30,701 nt of DNA from an uncultured Planctomycetaceae bacterium (lineage in GTDB: Bacteria; Planctomycetota; Planctomycetia; Planctomycetales; Planctomycetaceae): the NCBI GenBank assembly GCA_963976765.1, contig CAXBME010000033.1, positions 62,001 through 92,701 of the forward strand, in the 5' to 3' direction. Under the pieces are notes generated by a model. The model worked only from the letters and a program-made list of their open reading frames with translations. It was not told where the DNA came from and ran no database searches. The translations under genes and the position numbers were made by a program. Positions 27,104-30,701 of the stretch are shown here, in pieces; the first letter of the stretch is position 1, and each line of letters opens with the position of its first letter.

Positions 27104-27150
27104 AAGCCCCGGTTGTGTGTTCTCTGTGATCACGCAGCCGGGGCTTTTCT
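27104..27150 (+). terminator. Terminator/attenuator-like hairpin within the cargo cluster
   Basis: AAGCCCCGGTTGTGTG / CACGCAGCCGGGGCTT 16-bp stem with 2 G-U pairs, followed by TTCTATTT. Confidence 0.65.
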
Positions 27151-27182
27151 ATTTGTCTGTATCGAACTCAGGAGACCATTTC

Positions 27183-27380
27183 ATGACTCAGAACGAACTG
27201 AACCGCGCCGTGGCCGCAGCCACCGGAGAATCCGTGACCGAAATCTCTGCACGCGGCTTCGGCCTGCTAAATCTGCGACCGCCCGCTGATGAACCCGCGA
27301 GTCGACATCGAGGTCGACGAAGGCGCACTCAGCGACGCGAACGACGACATCGACACCTCGTTTATCTGGAGACTGAATGA
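27183..27380 (+). CDS. Small hypothetical protein with Arg-rich C-terminus (65 aa)
   Basis: AGGAG RBS and ATG 27183; MTQNELNRAVAAATGES; stop overlaps the next ATG. Confidence 0.6.
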   Translation: MTQNELNRAVAAATGESVTEISARGFGLLNLRPPADEPASRHRGRRRRTQRRERRHRHLVYLETE

Positions 27381-27580
27381 GCGCGCGACAGAAACTGAAT
27401 CAGGCCTACATCAACGGGGCACTCCTGCTGGCAGGAGTGATTGGAGCCAGCACGGAATCGTGGACGATGTTCATCACCTTGACCGTGATCTTAGTCGTCC
27501 TGTCGATTCACGGGGGCGACATCCGCACAACACCGCGTTCAAGTCGCGGCCCAGTCCAGCGGCGTGGACGACGCCATTAA
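27377..27580 (+). CDS. Small membrane protein (two hydrophobic segments, 67 aa)
   Basis: GGAG RBS and ATGA coupling; hydrophobic stretches [11 protein letters not shown] and [16 protein letters not shown]; basic tail. Confidence 0.65.
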   Translation: MSARQKLNQAYINGALLLAGVIGASTESWTMFITLTVILVVLSIHGGDIRTTPRSSRGPVQRRGRRH

Positions 27581-27635
27581 CTGCTGCGGCTCGCTGCGTT
27601 CACTGTTCCATTCTTATCACCACAGGGGACAACTC

Positions 27636-27881
27636 TTGAAATTACTTTGCATTAACAATGATGGCGCAGGCTTTGCTGACTATGTGGACGTCGAAGAAAG
27701 CACGACAGTGCGACGGTTCTTTGAAGAACACATCGCAAATCCAAACCCGTCTGACTATCTGATTCGAGTCAATCGGCAACCGGTGGCGCACGACCAGGTG
27801 CTGTGTGATGGAGACCGCATCAGCATCACTCCGACAAAGATCGAGGGCGCGGGCGGGCGGTTCATTGAGGCCTCTCGATGA
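27636..27881 (+). CDS. Ubiquitin-like beta-grasp protein (ThiS/MoaD fold) with C-terminal extension
   Basis: AGGGGA RBS before TTG 27636; [32 protein letters not shown] matches the ThiS/MoaD/Ub C-terminal pattern; 7 residues follow the GG. Confidence 0.8.
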   Translation: MKLLCINNDGAGFADYVDVEESTTVRRFFEEHIANPNPSDYLIRVNRQPVAHDQVLCDGDRISITPTKIEGAGGRFIEASR

Positions 27882-29167
27882 GCCGCCACACGAATGTGTT
27901 TCATCGGGCTGCGGTAGCCATTCACGAACGACAGTGTCTGTTTGACGGTCATCCATCACTGTCGCCGCCGACGGAGTCGTGGAGTGAATGTTACCGACTG
28001 ACTCGCTTGATCGAGAAAGCCCGTCGCCGAAACCTGTCCGCCGCTGTGAGCCGCATGGAAGCGGCTCTGGCGACGGCCATTCAACGTGTCACCACACCAC
28101 TGCACGATTATGAGCGAGCTGTGGGCGCGATGAGAAACCGGTGTCCTTCAACAATTCGCTGCATCCTGGCTGACCTCAACGCGCTTGCAACGGAGTTCGA
28201 CAAGGTCTCCATCAGCGTCAAGCGGCATCTCATCACGGTCACGACGGATGAGGTGGTCTTGGAAGAAGTCTACCTCGGCAGTTTTGAGATCGTGTTGAAC
28301 TGGCATCGGCTGAACGAAACCGGGGCCTACGAGGTCATTGCTGCTGATGCTCGACCCGCAGCCACAGATGACGACACGACGCATCCGCACGTACAGAGTA
28401 ACGCACTGTGCGAAGGCGAAGGGAAAGCCGCCATCCGTAACGCCCTGCGCGACGGGCGACTGTACGACTTCTTCGTGCTCGTGAGGCAGATTCTGCACAC
28501 CTACAACCCGTCGAGTGCCTACGTGCAGCTCAGCGACTGGTCCGGCATTCAATGCCCGGAGTGCGGCTCAACGACCGCGGAAGACGACAGCAATCTCTGC
28601 GAAGACTGCTCAACGACCACATGCATCGAGTGCTCGACTCGCTGTAACGACTGCGATTACCGCTACTGCTCCGACTGCATCCGAACCTGTACCGGATGCG
28701 ATGAAGACACCTGTTCGTCGTGCCGCTCTGTTTGCTCAGAGTGTGGCGACGCTTTCTGCAAAGGATGTATCGATGATGAACGCTGCGATTTGTGTATCGA
28801 AAACTCGGAAGAAGCAATCACGGAAGAAACAGAATCGGAAACCGTCGTCGCGACGCAAGCGACGACGGTCCAACCGACCAACGATTCGCTTCACGCCGTA
28901 CGCCTGGGCGAAGCTGCTTTACCTGAGAGACGCCGGCAACACGGAGATCGGCGGTTTTGCGGTCACGTCCGCCACCGATCCGTTGCTGGTCGAAGACGTC
29001 TGCCTGGTTCGGCAGCGCTGCACGTCGGTCACCGTCGAATTCGACGACAACTCGGTCGCCGACTTCTTCGACGACCAGGTCGACGCGGGCTTGAAACCCG
29101 AGCAGTTCGGACGCATCTGGATACACACTCACCCTGGGACAAGTGCCGCCCCAAGTCCCACCGATGA
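27878..29167 (+). CDS. Putative E2 (UBC-fold)-like protein fused to a ten-CxxC Zn-binding repeat region
   Basis: [10 protein letters not shown] (28382-28411) resembles the E2 HPN..C motif, followed by [12 protein letters not shown]; ten CxxC motifs at 28553-28795; ATGA-coupled to the UBL. The 3' part overlaps the JAB gene. Confidence 0.65.
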   Translation: MSRHTNVFHRAAVAIHERQCLFDGHPSLSPPTESWSECYRLTRLIEKARRRNLSAAVSRMEAALATAIQRVTTPLHDYERAVGAMRNRCPSTIRCILADLNALATEFDKVSISVKRHLITVTTDEVVLEEVYLGSFEIVLNWHRLNETGAYEVIAADARPAATDDDTTHPHVQSNALCEGEGKAAIRNALRDGRLYDFFVLVRQILHTYNPSSAYVQLSDWSGIQCPECGSTTAEDDSNLCEDCSTTTCIECSTRCNDCDYRYCSDCIRTCTGCDEDTCSSCRSVCSECGDAFCKGCIDDERCDLCIENSEEAITEETESETVVATQATTVQPTNDSLHAVRLGEAALPERRRQHGDRRFCGHVRHRSVAGRRRLPGSAALHVGHRRIRRQLGRRLLRRPGRRGLETRAVRTHLDTHSPWDKCRPKSHR

Positions 29168-29612
29168 AGAGACGTTCGATCGATGCTTCGGCAACGTGGA
29201 ATGGACCGTGATGTTCATCCTCGCCCGCGGCGGTGAAACCTACGCTCGACTGCGCTTCAACGTCGGCCCGCAGTCGTCACAGGAAATGAACGTGGAGGTC
29301 GACTACTCGCGCAGCTTCGAGGCTTCGAACAAAGCCGACTGGCAACGGGAATTCGCCGCGAACGTGCGAAAGGTCAATCGGCGGAATCCCTTCTCACCAC
29401 TTCCAGAAGCGGCGGACGGCTACCCGTTCTTCCATGAACTCGACGAAGCCGACGAGCACCGCCCCGGCGACTTCAACGTTGCCCTGAAACAAAACGGCGG
29501 CCTGGAACAAAGCGGCGATGTCGACTGGTTCGATCGCCTTCATTCACAACCACTGTTCCTGGACTGGGAGTACGATGAATGCGAAATGCCACTGTCGACA
29601 ATTCCCGGCTGA
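28773..29612 (+). CDS. JAB/MPN+ (JAMM) metallopeptidase
   Basis: TEIGGF (catalytic Glu) and [16 protein letters not shown] (HxH-x7-S-x2-D). AAGGA upstream of ATG 28773 is the basis for the inferred start. Confidence 0.85.
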   Translation: MMNAAICVSKTRKKQSRKKQNRKPSSRRKRRRSNRPTIRFTPYAWAKLLYLRDAGNTEIGGFAVTSATDPLLVEDVCLVRQRCTSVTVEFDDNSVADFFDDQVDAGLKPEQFGRIWIHTHPGTSAAPSPTDEETFDRCFGNVEWTVMFILARGGETYARLRFNVGPQSSQEMNVEVDYSRSFEASNKADWQREFAANVRKVNRRNPFSPLPEAADGYPFFHELDEADEHRPGDFNVALKQNGGLEQSGDVDWFDRLHSQPLFLDWEYDECEMPLSTIPG

Positions 29613-30280
29613 GTCGTCAGCAGGGACTCGTGCCGTCAGATCGACTGGTTGATCTGACGGTGACCGTCATCGGAGTCGGAGCGATCGGCCGTCAGGTGGC
29701 TCTGCAACTGGCAGCCATCGGCGTCCGGTCAATCCAGTTGATCGACTTCGACTCCGTCGACGAAACCAACATCACCACGCAGGGCTATCTGGCTTCCGAT
29801 GTCGGAACCCTCAAAGTCGAGGCCACGTCAGACGCTGTCCGGCAAATCGACGCCGACATCCAAATCGAAACGATCAACGACCGCTTCCGACCTCGACACT
29901 CCACTGGCGAGGCCATCTTCTGCTGCGTCGACTCCATCTCCGCCCGCACCGCCATCTGGCGATCAGCGGGCGCGAGCTGTCAATTCTGGGCCGACGGAAG
30001 AATGCTCGGCGAAACGATCCGAATCCTCTGCGTCGCCAACGACACCGGACGCACCCACTACCCGACAACCCTCTTTCGACAAGAACAAGCCCAGCAGGGC
30101 CAATGCACTGCTCGAAGCACCATCTACACAGCCAGCATCGCCGCTGGCCTGATGCTCCACCAGTTCACCCGCTGGATCCGAAATCTGCCGACCGACCCCG
30201 ACCTGACGTTCAACCTTCTAGCATCAGAAATTGCAGTCAATGCCGATGGAGAGCCTGCTCGGCTACCAAATGCAGGCTGA
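29579..30280 (+). CDS. ThiF/MoeB/E1-family adenylyltransferase
   Basis: [39 protein letters not shown] and DGRM; candidate catalytic Cys176 in QCTARS; no Zn-binding CxxC pairs. Confidence 0.92.
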   Translation: MRNATVDNSRLSRQQGLVPSDRLVDLTVTVIGVGAIGRQVALQLAAIGVRSIQLIDFDSVDETNITTQGYLASDVGTLKVEATSDAVRQIDADIQIETINDRFRPRHSTGEAIFCCVDSISARTAIWRSAGASCQFWADGRMLGETIRILCVANDTGRTHYPTTLFRQEQAQQGQCTARSTIYTASIAAGLMLHQFTRWIRNLPTDPDLTFNLLASEIAVNADGEPARLPNAG

Positions 30281-30287
30281 TCATCCC

Positions 30288-30494
30288 TTATCGCTGTTTC
30301 TCGACATTCCTGATGATGGCCGAGGGCAATGCGTCCATGGCGTGGCACAGCCGAAACAGCATGTCGATCGTTGGAGACTTCCGATCGTTTTCCAGCATCG
30401 AAATGTAGGTCCTGTCGACCTGAGCGCGATACGCCAGCTCTTCCTGTGTCAGTCCCGCTGCTTCACGGGCAGTACGTAATTCGAGTCCCAGCAT
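30288..30494 (-). CDS. XRE/Cro-family HTH regulator, similar to restriction-modification controller (C) proteins
   Basis: [41 protein letters not shown]; 68 aa. Confidence 0.9.
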   Translation of the reverse strand: MLGLELRTAREAAGLTQEELAYRAQVDRTYISMLENDRKSPTIDMLFRLCHAMDALPSAIIRNVEKQR

Positions 30495-30517
30495 GACCAG
30501 AAGTTACTTGCCTTCTG

Positions 30518-30555
30518 GCCGAATAACTGTTGACTATAGTCAACAGTTATTCGGC
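30518..30555. promoter_or_regulatory. Perfect 38-bp palindrome with C-box-like core (candidate operator of the HTH gene)
   Basis: GCCGAATAACTGTTGACTA|TAGTCAACAGTTATTCGGC; core GACTATAGTC; begins 24 bp upstream of the HTH start codon. Confidence 0.75.
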
Positions 30556-30647
30556 TGGATAGTATGACCCGGAGAGCTCTTGGCTGACTCAGAAACACAC
30601 TATTCACAGCATCCGTGCCCGACTCGCCCCAAGGTCTGACTCTTCAC

Positions 30648-30701
30648 TGGAGATAGGCGTTTAAAACGGACCCACTTCGGCGTTGAAATCAGACCCACCT
30701 T
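30648..30701 (+). mobile_element. Probable terminus of an IS21-family element (truncated by the window edge)
   Basis: TG at 30648, then direct repeats GGCGTTTAAAACGGACCCAC (30656-30675) and GGCGTTGAAATCAGACCCAC (30679-30698), 17/20 identical at 23-bp period; no transposase visible in the window. Confidence 0.5.

Larger units (their letters stand above)
14316..30701. mobile_element. tRNA-Ser-integrated genomic island / integrative element (right end outside the window)
   Basis: Tyrosine integrase 124 bp after the tRNA 3' end, followed by recombinases, an IS and accessory cargo; no second copy of the tRNA 3' end (attR) was seen in the window. Confidence 0.8.

Noticed and set aside
28515..28772. 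Longer N-terminus for the JAB ORF (start 28515 in the ORF track)
   Set aside because: This stretch is the alternative frame of the Cys-repeat region; an RBS-supported ATG exists at 28773.
28553..28795. Multiheme cytochrome or ferredoxin
   Set aside because: No CxxCH motifs, no signal peptide and no CxxCxxC ferredoxin spacing.
27636..30280. Reading the UBL and ThiF genes as ordinary moaD/moeB or thiS/thiF cofactor-biosynthesis genes
   Set aside because: No moaE, thiG or related pathway genes are nearby, the context is an island with E2-like and JAB genes, and the ThiF lacks the Zn-binding CxxC pairs of MoeB/ThiF. Sulfur transfer is not formally excluded.
14316..30701. Prophage or conjugative ICE
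   Set aside because: No capsid, terminase, tail, relaxase-T4CP or T4SS genes are visible in the window.
1..30701. CRISPR array or rRNA
   Set aside because: No regularly spaced repeat-spacer series and no rRNA-like sequence were seen; the repeats found have only 2-3 short copies.

Overview
The window looks like a Planctomycete-type chromosome; that taxon call is inferred from gene content and style. Bases 1-14230 are ordinary chromosomal genes: a GT-C/ArnT-PMT-like glycosyltransferase, a membrane Ser/Thr kinase, a small hypothetical, a hybrid histidine kinase / REC-HD-GYP / GGDEF c-di-GMP cluster, and an ExeA-like ATPase with a very long acidic tail. A tRNA-Ser(GCT) at 14231-14315 is followed by an integrated element that runs off the right edge. 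It starts with a tyrosine integrase preceded by phased direct repeats, then two paralogous large serine recombinases. Next is an inserted IS91-like unit (tyrosine recombinase + Y2-HUH transposase) bounded by inverted repeats. After that comes a co-oriented, largely translationally coupled cargo cluster: DUF1257-like, DUF2997-like, stand-alone TOPRIM, Ycf46-like AAA+ ATPase, several hypotheticals, and a ubiquitin-like module. That module is a beta-grasp UBL with a capped Gly-Gly, an E2-like protein fused to ten CxxC motifs, a JAB/JAMM peptidase and a ThiF/E1 enzyme. It is the best candidate for an undescribed system: a mobile UBL-conjugation pathway paired with an AAA+ ATPase and a TOPRIM nuclease. 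The window ends with a C-protein-like HTH gene under a perfect 38-bp palindrome and a probable IS21-family terminus. Family assignments come from motif recognition by eye; no database searches were run.
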